Positions 12,221 to 22,370 of a DNA stretch of 64,000 bases are shown piece after piece (positions within the stretch are counted from its first letter, which is position 1; the number at the start of each line of letters is the position of its first letter). The notes under the pieces are model-generated. The model was not told the origin of the DNA, made no database searches, and saw nothing but the letters and a program-made list of their open reading frames with translations. Source of the DNA: an uncultured Bacteroidales bacterium (GTDB lineage: Bacteria > Bacteroidota > Bacteroidia > Bacteroidales > Muribaculaceae); contig CBCSTG010000006.1 of assembly GCA_965143025.1 (NCBI GenBank), positions 24,475-88,474 on the forward strand. The letters are read 5' to 3'. Made by a program: the position numbers and the translations under genes.

Positions 12221-12313
12221 ATGGAAGGTCGATTTCCAATCGACCATAGTAACACACTGACTGCCAGTAAAATGTAGGGACTCGCCTTTGGCAAGTATAA
12301 CTTGGCCGCCTCG
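12221..12313 (-). repeat. Same repeat family, truncated tandem copy 2
   Basis: About 90% identical to 12008-12100 and diverges after CTTGGCCGCCTCG. Confidence 0.7.
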
Positions 12314-12579
12314 AGCTTGGCACAATGAAAGCGCCTGCGGCCCTCGCGGGCCGCTTTCAACCCCAAACACGCCCTGAACGGGCTTAATTTGGGGGTAAAT
12401 CATGCCCCACTCGCCCGTTTTTCTCGAAGAGAATAGACACTGCTGAGCGCCTGCGGCGCGAGCCACTGTCAGGCATTGGCTATCGCCGTTTCGCGACAGC
12501 GCTGACTCCGTAGCTTGTCGCGAGGGCTGTCTATCCCGTGTTATCCCGCGGCTACGCACTTCGTGCTCGCGGCGGGTTG

Positions 12580-12612
12580 AAGAAGACTCGCACCTCCGGT
12601 GCTTTTTTATTC
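12580..12612 (+). terminator. Candidate rho-independent terminator ending a GC-rich structured non-coding segment upstream of pheT
   Basis: GCACCtccGGTGC hairpin followed by TTTTTTATT. Confidence 0.4.
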
Positions 12613-12839
12613 CACATACCTCGCCCGCCATGCGGCTCTGAAGCACCTGACGGCGCTATCCTTTTACCGCTATTGCCGTCGCATGCGATTTACTGCCTTC
12701 GCGGCTTCAGGGGTCGGCGGCGTAATTCGGTAGCCAACTATTGATTGGGCGGAATTTTTTTCATAAATTTGCACCCTAAAACATTTGCGGCCACATCTGA
12801 TGCGGTCCCATCCAATCAACTCACTAACCTCAAGAGATA

Positions 12840-15311
12840 ATGAATATTTCATACAGCTGGCTCAAAGACTATGTCGATTTCACACTTAGCCCCGAGCAGC
12901 TCTCTGACGCCCTGACATCTATCGGTCTGGAGACCGGCGGCATCGAGAAAGTCGAGTCTGTCCGCGGAGGTCTCGCCGGCATCGTCATCGGCAAAGTGCT
13001 CACCTGCGTCGAGCACCCCAACAGCGACCACCTGCACATCACCACCGTCGACCTCGGCACAGGCGAGCCGACACAGATAGTCTGCGGAGCGCCCAATGTG
13101 GCCGCCGGCCAGACTGTCGTAGTCGCTACCGTCGGCACCACGCTCTACGGCGAGGGTGACGAGACTTTCCAGATTAAGAAATCCAAGATACGCGGTGTCG
13201 AGTCGTTCGGCATGATTTGCGCCGAAGACGAAATCGGCATCGGCACGTCGCATGACGGCATCATCGTCATCACCGACGAAGTAGCCCCCGGCACTCCCGC
13301 CGCCGAATATTACAATCTCAAGGACGATTATGTCTTGGAGGTGGACCTGACGCCCAACCGCATCGACGCCGCATCACACTACGGCGTGGCCCGTGACCTC
13401 GCCGCATGGCTTGACTGCCACGCCACACATGCCGGTCTTCACCGTCCGTCGGTCGAGGCGTTCGCCACTGACGACCCCGGCGCAAAGGCCGTATCTGTCG
13501 CCGTCGAGTCCGCAGGCTGCACACGCTACTGCGGCCTGACAATCCGCGACGTCAAAGTCGCCGAGTCACCCGAATGGCTCAAGGACCGCCTGCAGGCTAT
13601 CGGACTGCACTCGATAAACAATATCGTCGACATCACCAACTATATACTCCACGCCATCGGCCAGCCGCTCCACTGCTTTGACCTCGCCAAAATCAAGGGC
13701 GAGCAGGTCATAGTCAAGACCGCCGAGCAGGGCCGCAAATTCGTCACCTTAGACGAGGCCGAGCGCACGCTCGACGCCGCTGACCTGATGATCTGCAACG
13801 CCGAGGAGCCCATGTGCATAGCCGGCGTCTTCGGAGGCTTGGACTCGGGTGTCACCGACGCCACGACGTCGATATTCCTTGAGAGCGCCTGCTTCGCCCC
13901 GACATCGGTGCGCCGCACGGCACGCCGCCACGGCCTGAACACCGACTCGTCGTTCCGCTTCGAGCGCGGCGTCGACCCCAACGGCTGCCTCTACGCCCTC
14001 AAGCTTGCCGCCCTGATGGTCAAGGATCTTGCCGGCGGCCGCATCTGCGGTGAGCCGGTCGACATATATCCCACAGTCGTCAAACCCTACCCCGTCACCT
14101 TGGCCTACGGCGACATCACACGCCTCATCGGCCATGAAATCGAGCCCGCCAAGGTTGACTCGATACTCCGATCGCTCGAAATCGACATCGTCAGCCGCGA
14201 GGGCGACACTCTCAATCTCGCCGTGCCGACCTACCGCGTCGACGTGCAGCGCCCCTGCGACGTCATTGAGGATGTGCTCCGCATCTATGGCTACAACAAT
14301 GTACCGATGGAGACCACATTGCACTCTTCGCTCTCATACAAGAGCGCCACTGACGCCGCTGACGACCTGCAGAAGACCGTCGCCGAACAGCTCACAGCTT
14401 GCGGATTCAACGAGATACTCAACAACTCGCTGACAGCCGAGTCATATTATGCCGGTCTCGAGCCTTACCCCTTGGAGCACTGCGTCAGACTGCTCAATCC
14501 GCTGAGTCAGGACCTCAGCGTGATGCGCCAGACCCTGCTCTTCGGCGGCTTGGAGTCCATCGCTCACAACGTCAACCGCCGCTCAGACGATCTGATGTTC
14601 TATGAGTTCGGCAACGTCTACCGCCTCGATCCGACGGTCATGCCTACAGCCGACGCTCCCCTTGCCCCCTACTCGCAGGGCAGCCGTCTCGCGCTGTGGA
14701 TTACAGGCAACATCAGCGCCGCCAACTGGAATCGCGCCGCCATCGAGTCGACATTCTACGACCTGCGCGCCTATGTCGACACCATCTTCGACCGCCTCGG
14801 CATCACTCAGCGCGAGCTCGCCATAAGCCCCGTCACTCCTGACGGCGTCCTCTCGGCCGGCCTCGAAATCGTCACCCGTCAGGGCCGCAAAATCGGCCGA
14901 ATGGGCATCGTAGACACCGCCCTCGCCAAACGTTTGGACGTCAAGCAGACCGTCTTCTTCGCCGAGCTTGACTGGCAAGTGCTGACCGACCTCGCCGCCA
15001 AGCGTCACGTGACCTTCACGCCGCTGCCCAAGACACAGCCCGTCAAGCGCGACCTATCACTGCTCCTTGACAGCGCCGTCACCATGGAGCGCGTCGAGCA
15101 GACCGTCAGAGAGAGCGAGCGCCGCATCCTCAAGGCCGTCACACTCTTTGACGTCTACGAAGGCGACAAACTCCCTGCCGGCAAGAAATCTTACGCCATC
15201 TCCATCACACTGCAGGACGACGAGAAGACACTGCAGGACAAGTACATCGACCAAGTGATGGCCAAGATAATCGCCAATCTCGAGAAAAAATTAGGCGCAC
15301 AGCTCAGATAA
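12840..15311 (+). CDS. pheT: Phenylalanine--tRNA ligase beta subunit
   Basis: 823 aa. The N-terminus MNISYSWLKDYVDF is typical of PheT, with tRNA-binding, B3/4, B5 and FDX-ACB domain order. Confidence 0.9.
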   Translation: MNISYSWLKDYVDFTLSPEQLSDALTSIGLETGGIEKVESVRGGLAGIVIGKVLTCVEHPNSDHLHITTVDLGTGEPTQIVCGAPNVAAGQTVVVATVGTTLYGEGDETFQIKKSKIRGVESFGMICAEDEIGIGTSHDGIIVITDEVAPGTPAAEYYNLKDDYVLEVDLTPNRIDAASHYGVARDLAAWLDCHATHAGLHRPSVEAFATDDPGAKAVSVAVESAGCTRYCGLTIRDVKVAESPEWLKDRLQAIGLHSINNIVDITNYILHAIGQPLHCFDLAKIKGEQVIVKTAEQGRKFVTLDEAERTLDAADLMICNAEEPMCIAGVFGGLDSGVTDATTSIFLESACFAPTSVRRTARRHGLNTDSSFRFERGVDPNGCLYALKLAALMVKDLAGGRICGEPVDIYPTVVKPYPVTLAYGDITRLIGHEIEPAKVDSILRSLEIDIVSREGDTLNLAVPTYRVDVQRPCDVIEDVLRIYGYNNVPMETTLHSSLSYKSATDAADDLQKTVAEQLTACGFNEILNNSLTAESYYAGLEPYPLEHCVRLLNPLSQDLSVMRQTLLFGGLESIAHNVNRRSDDLMFYEFGNVYRLDPTVMPTADAPLAPYSQGSRLALWITGNISAANWNRAAIESTFYDLRAYVDTIFDRLGITQRELAISPVTPDGVLSAGLEIVTRQGRKIGRMGIVDTALAKRLDVKQTVFFAELDWQVLTDLAAKRHVTFTPLPKTQPVKRDLSLLLDSAVTMERVEQTVRESERRILKAVTLFDVYEGDKLPAGKKSYAISITLQDDEKTLQDKYIDQVMAKIIANLEKKLGAQLR

Positions 15312-15359
15312 ACATCAACGATCAAATATCACAAAATATAATTACAAAACCACACTCCC

Positions 15360-16094
15360 ATGGGAAGAGCATTTGAATATCGCAAAGCAAGAAAACTCAA
15401 ACGCTGGGGCAACATGTCGCGAACATTCACCCGCATAGGCAAGGAAATCACCATCGCCGCCAAAGCCGGTGGACCCGACCCAGCCACCAACCCCCGTCTG
15501 CGTGCTCTGATGCAGAACGCCAAGGCCGCCAACATGCCTAAGGACACCGTCGAGCGCGCTATCAAGAAAGCTACCGACAAAGACGCCGGCGACTACAAGG
15601 AAATCACCTACGAGGGATACGGCCCCCACGGCATCGCCATCTTCGTCGAGGCTGCCACCGACAACAAAACACGCACCGTCGCCAACGTGCGCTCATACTT
15701 CAACAAACACTGCGGCTCACTCGGCACACAGGGTTCGCTGACCTTCCTTTTCGACCACAAATCGGTCTTCAAAATCAAGGCTAAAGACGGTATCTCACTC
15801 GAAGACCTCGAGTTAGAGCTTATCGACTACGGCGTGGACGAACTCGAGCACGACGAAGACGAAATCGTCATCTACGGCGCCTTCGAGGAATTCAACAACA
15901 TCCAGAAATATCTCGAGGACAACGGCTTTGAAATCGTCAGCGCCGAGTTTGAGCGCATCCCCAACGACCTCAAGGACGTAAGCCCCGAAGACCGCGAGTC
16001 AGTCAACAAACTGCTCGAGAAACTTGAGGAAGACGAGGACGTGCAGAATGTATTCCACAACATGCGCGAAGACGACTCTGACGACGAGGAATAA
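15360..16094 (+). CDS. YebC/PmpR-family transcriptional regulator
   Basis: MGRAFEYRKARKLKRWGNMSRTFTRIGKEI is a near-canonical YebC N-terminus; 244 aa. Confidence 0.85.
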   Translation: MGRAFEYRKARKLKRWGNMSRTFTRIGKEITIAAKAGGPDPATNPRLRALMQNAKAANMPKDTVERAIKKATDKDAGDYKEITYEGYGPHGIAIFVEAATDNKTRTVANVRSYFNKHCGSLGTQGSLTFLFDHKSVFKIKAKDGISLEDLELELIDYGVDELEHDEDEIVIYGAFEEFNNIQKYLEDNGFEIVSAEFERIPNDLKDVSPEDRESVNKLLEKLEEDEDVQNVFHNMREDDSDDEE

Positions 16095-16105
16095 TCCGCG
16101 TCATC

Positions 16106-16137
16106 ACGACTTAGACACTTTATAATATTACCATACG
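16106..16137 (+). terminator. Rho-independent terminator after the YebC-family gene
   Basis: ACGGCGACAT...ATGTCGCCGT, a 10-bp stem, followed by TTTTG. Confidence 0.6.
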
Positions 16138-16223
16138 ACGGCGACATTCGCTCCCCGGAGATTAAACCACGGGCGTGATGTCGCCGTTTTGTATTTAAAC
16201 GACAATCATAAAAACACCGAATT

Positions 16224-16457
16224 ATGGACAAACCGGACGCTAACGAACTCGTAATCGCCGCGACATTTGACTTTGACTGGCAGGCCCACATGGCACAGGG
16301 CATCCTGCTCGAGCACGGCATAAACTCGACTCTCGACAACGAGATATTCGGCTCACTCTACCCCATCGGATTCAACTCCATCGGCGGCATCAACCTGCGC
16401 GTCTTCGGCCGCGACCTCCCCGAAGCCCGCCGCATCATCAAGAGCTCAAAAATCTAA
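16224..16457 (+). CDS. DUF2007-like small protein
   Basis: 77 aa; weak pattern match to the putative signal-transducing DUF2007. Confidence 0.4.
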   Translation: MDKPDANELVIAATFDFDWQAHMAQGILLEHGINSTLDNEIFGSLYPIGFNSIGGINLRVFGRDLPEARRIIKSSKI

Positions 16458-16510
16458 GACGGGCAACTACAAAGCCCGGTTGAAATGTTAGAAATAACAT
16501 ATATAATTAT

Positions 16511-16660
16511 GTACGGACATGCCAGAGCGACCGTCAGGGAGAGGCGGCATGTATAAGGCGTAAATCCACCACGGCCAAGTTATACGTGCCGAAGGTACGT
16601 CCCTACATTTCATACTGACATACAGCGTATTACGGACGAGTACCAATCGCCCCTCCATAT
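16511..16660 (+). repeat. Interspersed palindromic repeat element (MITE/REP-like), full copy: core 16511-16606 plus tail 16607-16660
   Basis: GTACGGACATGCC...GGCATGTATAA...TTATACGTGCC gaag GGTACGTCCCTAC, with imperfect terminal inverted repeats and internal hairpins. It spans the spurious ORFs 16488..16679 and 16676..16954. Confidence 0.75.
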
Positions 16661-16692
16661 TCAGTGGCTCCATATTCACTGGCCTCCCAAAC

Positions 16693-16730
16693 GTACGGAC
16701 ATGCCAGAGCGACCGTCAGAGAGCGGCGGG
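16693..16730 (+). repeat. Truncated copy of the same repeat family
   Basis: GTACGGACATGCCAGAGCGACCGTCAGAGAGCGGCGGG is identical to the 5' part of the 16511 copy. Confidence 0.7.
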
Positions 16731-16779
16731 TTGATTGATTTTAACAAAACATCATGCCGGAATATCTGCCAAAGCGGGC

Positions 16780-17403
16780 TTAAAGTTCGGTCAGGTCCAC
16801 GCCGGGGAGCAGTTTGGCGACACTGTCGGCAGGCACGGTCACCGAGCATCCGCCCTGAGTTATCGGACAATTGACCCGCGGCATATTGAATACGCGGCCT
16901 CCAATCGAGATGGCTATCATCCGGCCGACATTGGCAGCCGTAACGTCCTCCCACGACTTTGCATCCTTGAATCTGAACGCTATCTGCAGATTGTCGCTAT
17001 AGTCGGGAATATGATTCACCTCGGTGACCTCGACCTCCTCCTTGAGCAGCGGCTCGCATGGCATAACGGCCAAATCGACAGCGTCGGTATGGCCGTATTT
17101 AACCCACTGATACGTGTATCCGCCGGCGGCAAGCCGCGAGTCGTTAAGCGCAAGGAGTTTGTTTACTTTAGCTGTGTCTGACGGAGCATAGGTGCATCGC
17201 AGCGGCAATACATCGCCGTAAGCCGCACTGTCGGGCACATACAAATCAAGCGAATCACACGTGACGACGGCATAGGCCTCGACTTCCCACTTCGTGTCAC
17301 CGACATCGGCCGTTTTGTTTGTGGCGGTCGTGCCGCACGACCACGCCGCCAACGCGCAAACAACGCAGACGACCGCTCTCAGGAGAGAATCAGACTTTTT
17401 CAT
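16780..17403 (-). CDS. Hypothetical lipoprotein
   Basis: Internal start MKKSDSLLRAVVCVVCALAAWSCG (signal peptide plus lipobox); 207 aa. Confidence 0.5.
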   Translation of the reverse strand: MKKSDSLLRAVVCVVCALAAWSCGTTATNKTADVGDTKWEVEAYAVVTCDSLDLYVPDSAAYGDVLPLRCTYAPSDTAKVNKLLALNDSRLAAGGYTYQWVKYGHTDAVDLAVMPCEPLLKEEVEVTEVNHIPDYSDNLQIAFRFKDAKSWEDVTAANVGRMIAISIGGRVFNMPRVNCPITQGGCSVTVPADSVAKLLPGVDLTEL

Positions 17404-17413
17404 ATACAAATAA

Positions 17414-17638
17414 TTATGCAGGCCGTCCGGTCGCAAGTTCGTTTTTAAGAAATGAATATACGTATTGAGTACTTTGGAAATATAGGCCGGTAGCCTGATT
17501 GATAAGTTTTGCATACGTATCAGAATTATATAACGTGTCAAGTGCCTCAGGAACACTCATCCCGAAGTCATTTGACAGCAATTCTGCAATATCAGCAGCC
17601 AAAGCCTCCACCATATATTTGAAATCACTGTCTGTCAT
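17414..17638 (-). CDS. DUF3791 domain protein
   Basis: 74 aa; part of the conserved Bacteroidales DUF3791-DUF3990-DUF3791 arrangement. Confidence 0.5.
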   Translation of the reverse strand: MTDSDFKYMVEALAADIAELLSNDFGMSVPEALDTLYNSDTYAKLINQATGLYFQSTQYVYSFLKNELATGRPA

Positions 17639-18102
17639 ATTTTTTTAAGACACTTTATCGCGGCCTCCGACCCAAAATAAAACTGAAACGTCACACCCTT
17701 GATATATTTCAGTCGAGTCAGGAACTCTTTCCTGTCAATGGCTCCGTCCTTAAGCTTTCGTATTTGCAAACCAATCTTATCATCAGCAATCGGGCCATAA
17801 ACAATATCGTATTGTTCGACATCGTTTCCTTCACGATTGGCAAATACAAAGTCGGCCCACTCCTCTGAATAATCATTAAAAATTCTGATACGCAGGTGGG
17901 TACTATTCATCACCCTATCATCAAACTCAAATTCAGTCACCACCGGCTCACCTCCAAGCTGCATAGACTTGAAAGAAGCCATTTCCATGGCCTGTGTTTC
18001 ATTTTCAGATAAATAAAACCCTTTACCGAAATCTTTGTTTGGCTTTGATTTCTCGAGGTCTATCTGCTCTATTCGAATATTTGACCCGTGATAGAGTTTC
18101 AT
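17635..18102 (-). CDS. DUF3990 domain protein
   Basis: The MKLYHGSN N-terminus is typical of DUF3990; overlaps its neighbours by 4 bp. Confidence 0.55.
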   Translation of the reverse strand: MKLYHGSNIRIEQIDLEKSKPNKDFGKGFYLSENETQAMEMASFKSMQLGGEPVVTEFEFDDRVMNSTHLRIRIFNDYSEEWADFVFANREGNDVEQYDIVYGPIADDKIGLQIRKLKDGAIDRKEFLTRLKYIKGVTFQFYFGSEAAIKCLKKI

Positions 18103-18332
18103 AATCGCCCTCCGGATTTGCGACAATAGGTTACAACACTCTCAACCGCATCATCAAAATCAAGAGTATGCATTATGCCATAATTCTGTTCGATAAAAGA
18201 AACTCCGTGGTGACGGCGGATATAATTGTATGCCTGCTTGTCAGAAAGACCGAATCGCTTGGCAAATTCATTCACCAACGCGATAATATATTCAAATATG
18301 TCGCGGATTGTGCAGGTCATAACGCTATTCAT
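18099..18332 (-). CDS. DUF3791 domain protein
   Basis: 77 aa; paralogue of the 17414..17638 gene. Confidence 0.5.
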   Translation of the reverse strand: MNSVMTCTIRDIFEYIIALVNEFAKRFGLSDKQAYNYIRRHHGVSFIEQNYGIMHTLDFDDAVESVVTYCRKSGGRL

Positions 18333-18437
18333 TTCTAACTTTCACAAAGTTATATATTTTCCAACATTAAACAAGCATCTTTGAATTTTTGATGTTTTTT
18401 CAAAAAAATATTTCAAAAATACATATAATGCAACAGG

Positions 18438-18468
18438 GGCGTCACTCAGCGTGACGCCCCTGCTCCTT
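18438..18468 (-). terminator. Terminator downstream of the GH3 gene
   Basis: CAGGGGCGTCAC tcagc GTGACGCCCCTG, a 12-bp stem. Confidence 0.55.
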
Positions 18469-18506
18469 CTTACCTAATTTTACCTATTATTAATCCATCG
18501 AAACTG

Positions 18507-21356
18507 TCAGTTTACCGAGCGGCTGACAGTGTTGTGTTTTGATGTCAGCGTTATTTCTTTAATATCGTTGTCGGGAAGGGCGAACTCGATTGTACGGCTC
18601 TGGCCGGGCTCGAGCTCATAGTGACGGATTTTGCCTGTGGCGCGGCCGTCAACGTAGAGGCGCACTTTGTCGACGTCGATTATGTTGCCGTTGTTTGTGA
18701 CGGTCATGACAGCTTTGCGTTTACCTGTAGCGAGGTCTGTCTCAATGCGGTCGACGGTCATGTTGAAGTCTGACGCGAAGGCCATCGGATAGTCGATGGT
18801 GGTCTGCACGCCTTCGCCGTCTTTAAACGACACGCTGTCTTTGATTTTGTCCTTGGCTACGAAGTCGGGGCTCTTGCCGCCGATGGAGAGTTTGAACTCA
18901 CCGGGCTCGACAACGCGCGACAGGTCTTTGTCCAAAAGCGACAGGTCAAAGGGCGAGAGGACGAAGCCGACAGTCTTTGACTGACCGGGCTCGAGGCTTA
19001 CGCGCTCAAAGCCGCGGAGCATCATGACGGGGGTTTTGACCGATGAGTACATGTCGGTGACGTATAGCTGTGCGACTTCATCACCTGCACGGTTGCCGGT
19101 ATTGGTGACTGTGGCGCTGACGATTACATTGCCTTTGTCGTCAATTTCAGACTTGATGTCAGAGTATTTGAATGTGGTGTAGCTCAGACCGTAACCGAAG
19201 CGGTAGAGGGGATAGAACTCCATGTCTGAGTATTCGTAGCGGCGTCCCGAGGTCTTGAAGTCGTAAGTGAGGGGGAGCTGGCCGACGTGGCGGGGGAAGG
19301 TCATGGGCAGACGTCCGGCGGGATTGTATTTGCCGAAGATTACGTCAGCAACGGCGAAACCGCCTTCCTGACCGGGGAGCCATGCGGCGAGGATGGCCTG
19401 ACACTCGGCGTCGGCCTTGGTCAGCACGAACGGACGGCCTGACTGGAGCACGAGGAGCACGGGAGTGCCGGTAGCGCATACGGCGTCAACGAGAGCCTGC
19501 TGTTCGCCGGGGAGCTCGAGTGTGGCATAGTCGTTATTTTCGCCTGATGTATGTTTGGTGCCGGGGGCCGAGTGGCTACCTGAGCAGTCACCGACGACGA
19601 TGACGGCGACGTCGCTGCGCTGGGCCATTTTGACGGCCTCAGCGATATTGTTGTAGTCAGAGGCGGTGAAGTCTACGCCTTTCTCGTAATTGACTTTGCA
19701 GCCTTTGGGAGCAGCCTCGCGGATGCCTTCGAGGATTGAGTGTACCTGACCCTCGACAGTCTTGCCGGAGTAGTCGCCGAGCTGGGGATTGTCAGCGCCG
19801 GGACCGAGTACGGCGATAGATTTGATATTATTGCCGAGCGGGAGGAGATTGTCGGCGTTTTTGAGGAGGACGATTGACTCCTGTGCGGTGCGGCGTGCGA
19901 GAGCTTTGTGCTCGGGAGTGTTCCACTCGGGATAGGGGGCGTCCCAGTTGAGCGGGCGGCAGGGGTTATTCTCGAAGAGGCCCTGACGGAACATCACACG
20001 GAGCATGTCGCGGCAGACGTCGTCGAGAGCTTCCATGTCGAGTTTGCCGTCGACGGCGGCCTTGATGACATCGGGATTATTATATGTGTTGCCGCAGTTT
20101 GTGGCGATGCCGGCGCGGAGCGAGAGGTTTGCGGCCTCGATGAAATCTTTTGCGGTGTAGTGCTTGCGTGAGGTCAGGTTGCCGAGGGCGCCGCAGTCGC
20201 TGACGATGAAACCGTCGAAGCCCCATTCGTCGCGCAGATAGCCTTTGAGAAGTTCCTCAGAAGCAGCGACGGGCACGCCCATGAAGTCAGAGTAAGCCAT
20301 CATGACCGACTCGGGCTTATAGTTGCGGAAGACGTGGCGGAAAGGCACGAGGTGCACCTCGCGCATCTCGCGCTCAGAGAAACCGACATCGTGCGAGTCA
20401 CGTCCGCCGAGAGGCGCTCCGTGTGCGCCGAAGTGTTTTGAGGTAGTCATCAGGCCGCGCGACTGGAAGCCGTCGACCCATGCGCCGCCAATCATCGAAA
20501 CCATGTAGGGATCTTCGCCGAACGACTCCTCGCAGCGTCCCCAGCGCGGGTCACGTGCGACGTCTAAAACGGGCGACCATGCCTGTATCGAGCCTGCGGC
20601 TTTGGTTTCGTCGCCTATCGTACCGGCGACCTTGCGCACGAGGGGCTCGTTGAATGTGGCGGCCATGGCGATACACTGGGGGAACATCGTTGCGCCCGTG
20701 CCGTATGAATAGCCATGGATGGCCTCGACTTTCTTGATGTCGGGGATGCCGAGACGCTTTACGCCGGGGATGCCCCAGCCTTCGCGGATAAGCTCCATCT
20801 TCTCCTGAGGAGTCATCTGCGCGAGCAGTATCTCGATGCGGCTCTCGATGGGGAGTGTGGTGTCTAAATAGCGGCGGTCAATCTCGCCGGCTGCTACCTC
20901 GGCAACGGGCTGCATGCCGAGAGCTATTTCAGTCAGACTTGCCTTCTTGCCCGAGGGGGCGAGGTCTAATCTGACATGTGCGCCGTATTTTGGTTTGAGG
21001 GCGAGTTTGTATCCGTCTTTTGCCTTTGACACTTTGTATTCGACGGCCTCGCCGGGATTCATCGGGTCGTAGGTGATATATACTTTAAGGAGCTTTGCGA
21101 GCTGGTCGGCAGAGAGGCCGTCGGCAGCGATGGTGAGCGACTCGACGGTGCCGGGCTCGGCGAGTGTGAGCATTGCCGACTCCTCGGCGTCAGGGCTGAG
21201 AACCCAGCCGGTCTTGAGATTGCCGTCAACGAGGGCACGTGCGGCCGCGTCGTTGCTGCGGCCTGCAAATGTAATCGATGAAATCTGCCCTGCGTCCTGA
21301 GCCGAAACGGCAGCAGCAACACCGAGAGCAAGAAATGCACAGATGTAATTTTTCAT
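18507..21356 (-). CDS. Glycoside hydrolase family 3 beta-glucosidase (BglX-like) with N-terminal signal peptide and extra C-terminal domains
   Basis: 949 aa; GH3 catalytic region (GFDGFIVSDCGALG) and a second alpha/beta domain; the signal peptide is MKNYICAFLALGVAAAVSA. Confidence 0.85.
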   Translation of the reverse strand: MKNYICAFLALGVAAAVSAQDAGQISSITFAGRSNDAAARALVDGNLKTGWVLSPDAEESAMLTLAEPGTVESLTIAADGLSADQLAKLLKVYITYDPMNPGEAVEYKVSKAKDGYKLALKPKYGAHVRLDLAPSGKKASLTEIALGMQPVAEVAAGEIDRRYLDTTLPIESRIEILLAQMTPQEKMELIREGWGIPGVKRLGIPDIKKVEAIHGYSYGTGATMFPQCIAMAATFNEPLVRKVAGTIGDETKAAGSIQAWSPVLDVARDPRWGRCEESFGEDPYMVSMIGGAWVDGFQSRGLMTTSKHFGAHGAPLGGRDSHDVGFSEREMREVHLVPFRHVFRNYKPESVMMAYSDFMGVPVAASEELLKGYLRDEWGFDGFIVSDCGALGNLTSRKHYTAKDFIEAANLSLRAGIATNCGNTYNNPDVIKAAVDGKLDMEALDDVCRDMLRVMFRQGLFENNPCRPLNWDAPYPEWNTPEHKALARRTAQESIVLLKNADNLLPLGNNIKSIAVLGPGADNPQLGDYSGKTVEGQVHSILEGIREAAPKGCKVNYEKGVDFTASDYNNIAEAVKMAQRSDVAVIVVGDCSGSHSAPGTKHTSGENNDYATLELPGEQQALVDAVCATGTPVLLVLQSGRPFVLTKADAECQAILAAWLPGQEGGFAVADVIFGKYNPAGRLPMTFPRHVGQLPLTYDFKTSGRRYEYSDMEFYPLYRFGYGLSYTTFKYSDIKSEIDDKGNVIVSATVTNTGNRAGDEVAQLYVTDMYSSVKTPVMMLRGFERVSLEPGQSKTVGFVLSPFDLSLLDKDLSRVVEPGEFKLSIGGKSPDFVAKDKIKDSVSFKDGEGVQTTIDYPMAFASDFNMTVDRIETDLATGKRKAVMTVTNNGNIIDVDKVRLYVDGRATGKIRHYELEPGQSRTIEFALPDNDIKEITLTSKHNTVSRSVN

Positions 21357-22370
21357 GTTATGTAATTATATAATGATTGATTGTATTAGTTCGCGGTAAG
21401 ATGCTGCAAAGTTAGCATCCGGGCCTTAACGCTCGCTTAAAACACGCTTAATTGCCGATAAATCGACGCTAAATCAAGCCCATTTACCACCGATTAATCA
21501 ATCTGTTAATCTTAAGTCTAAATTCTGCGGCGTGTGATTCGCCGCAAAAAAATATCCGGAGCACTGCCTCGGAGCGACGTCAGTCAGTCCGTGCATAAGA
21601 AGCCATCACACAAAATCGAACACACTCGAATATTATTAATAAATAAACATTTTTGATTAACCGCCTGCAATGAAAATATATGTTATCAAACATCCTCAAA
21701 TAGAGCGCGTAAAGTTTGGTCATATCATTAAAAAAACATAATTTTGTTATCGTCAAATCAACGATACTACATCCGCGACGAGACAGACATATAAAATTGG
21801 AAGCGTAATTTGTTATCCTGTTCACGCCGAATCCTGAGAAAATTCCCCGCAAAGAACAGAGGCCACAAAGTGCGCTCCCTCTTGGTAGGTATGGCTCAAA
21901 TTGTGCCCTGCTGCAAAGTAGCACAGACCATAATATCAGGAGTGTGAGCCGTACATTTTAGCCGTTGCTGTTCTTAGGCCATTCTCAGGAGCCTCGCGTG
22001 AATCAACTGCAAATGTTGGCTCGCGCTCTTCTTTTTTACATGTCTTTTTAATACCACCAATTCGCACACCGCCGCAGAGCCACCGGCAAAAAAAGAAAAG
22101 CTATGGCTCATATTATTGGAATCGTCGTTTTAATCATCTTTTATGGTTTAGGTCCGGGATGTTAATCGTGAGGGTAACCATCTTTCTTCCATTCATTCTC
22201 CTTGCGAAATTAATATCTACCAGCAATGCGCAGTCTTAAGACGCTTATCAGGTTGTGTCTGACGGGTATAGCAGCTTTTATATCTCGGTAAATTCTTGTG
22301 AGATAAACTCTACACTAATCTCCTAAAGTATAAACTCAATCCTCTGTAAATCCATCGTAAATTATTCTAT

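Noticed and set aside
12113-12646. 177-aa - strand ORF across the pheT upstream region
   Set aside because: It spans the MITE-like repeats and GC hairpins and its translation is low-complexity (Arg/Ser/Ala-rich), so it is more likely non-coding structured DNA.
13749-14324. 191-aa - strand ORF (and other antisense ORFs inside pheT)
   Set aside because: Antisense to the well-supported pheT gene; a high-GC artefact.
16488-16954. Two short - strand ORFs (63 and 92 aa) sharing PLSDGRSGMSV peptides
   Set aside because: The shared peptide comes from translating the repeated MITE-like element; these are not genes.
21580-21924. 114-aa AT-rich - strand ORF
   Set aside because: Cys/Phe-rich low-complexity translation in an AT-rich leader with no partner genes; probably non-coding.
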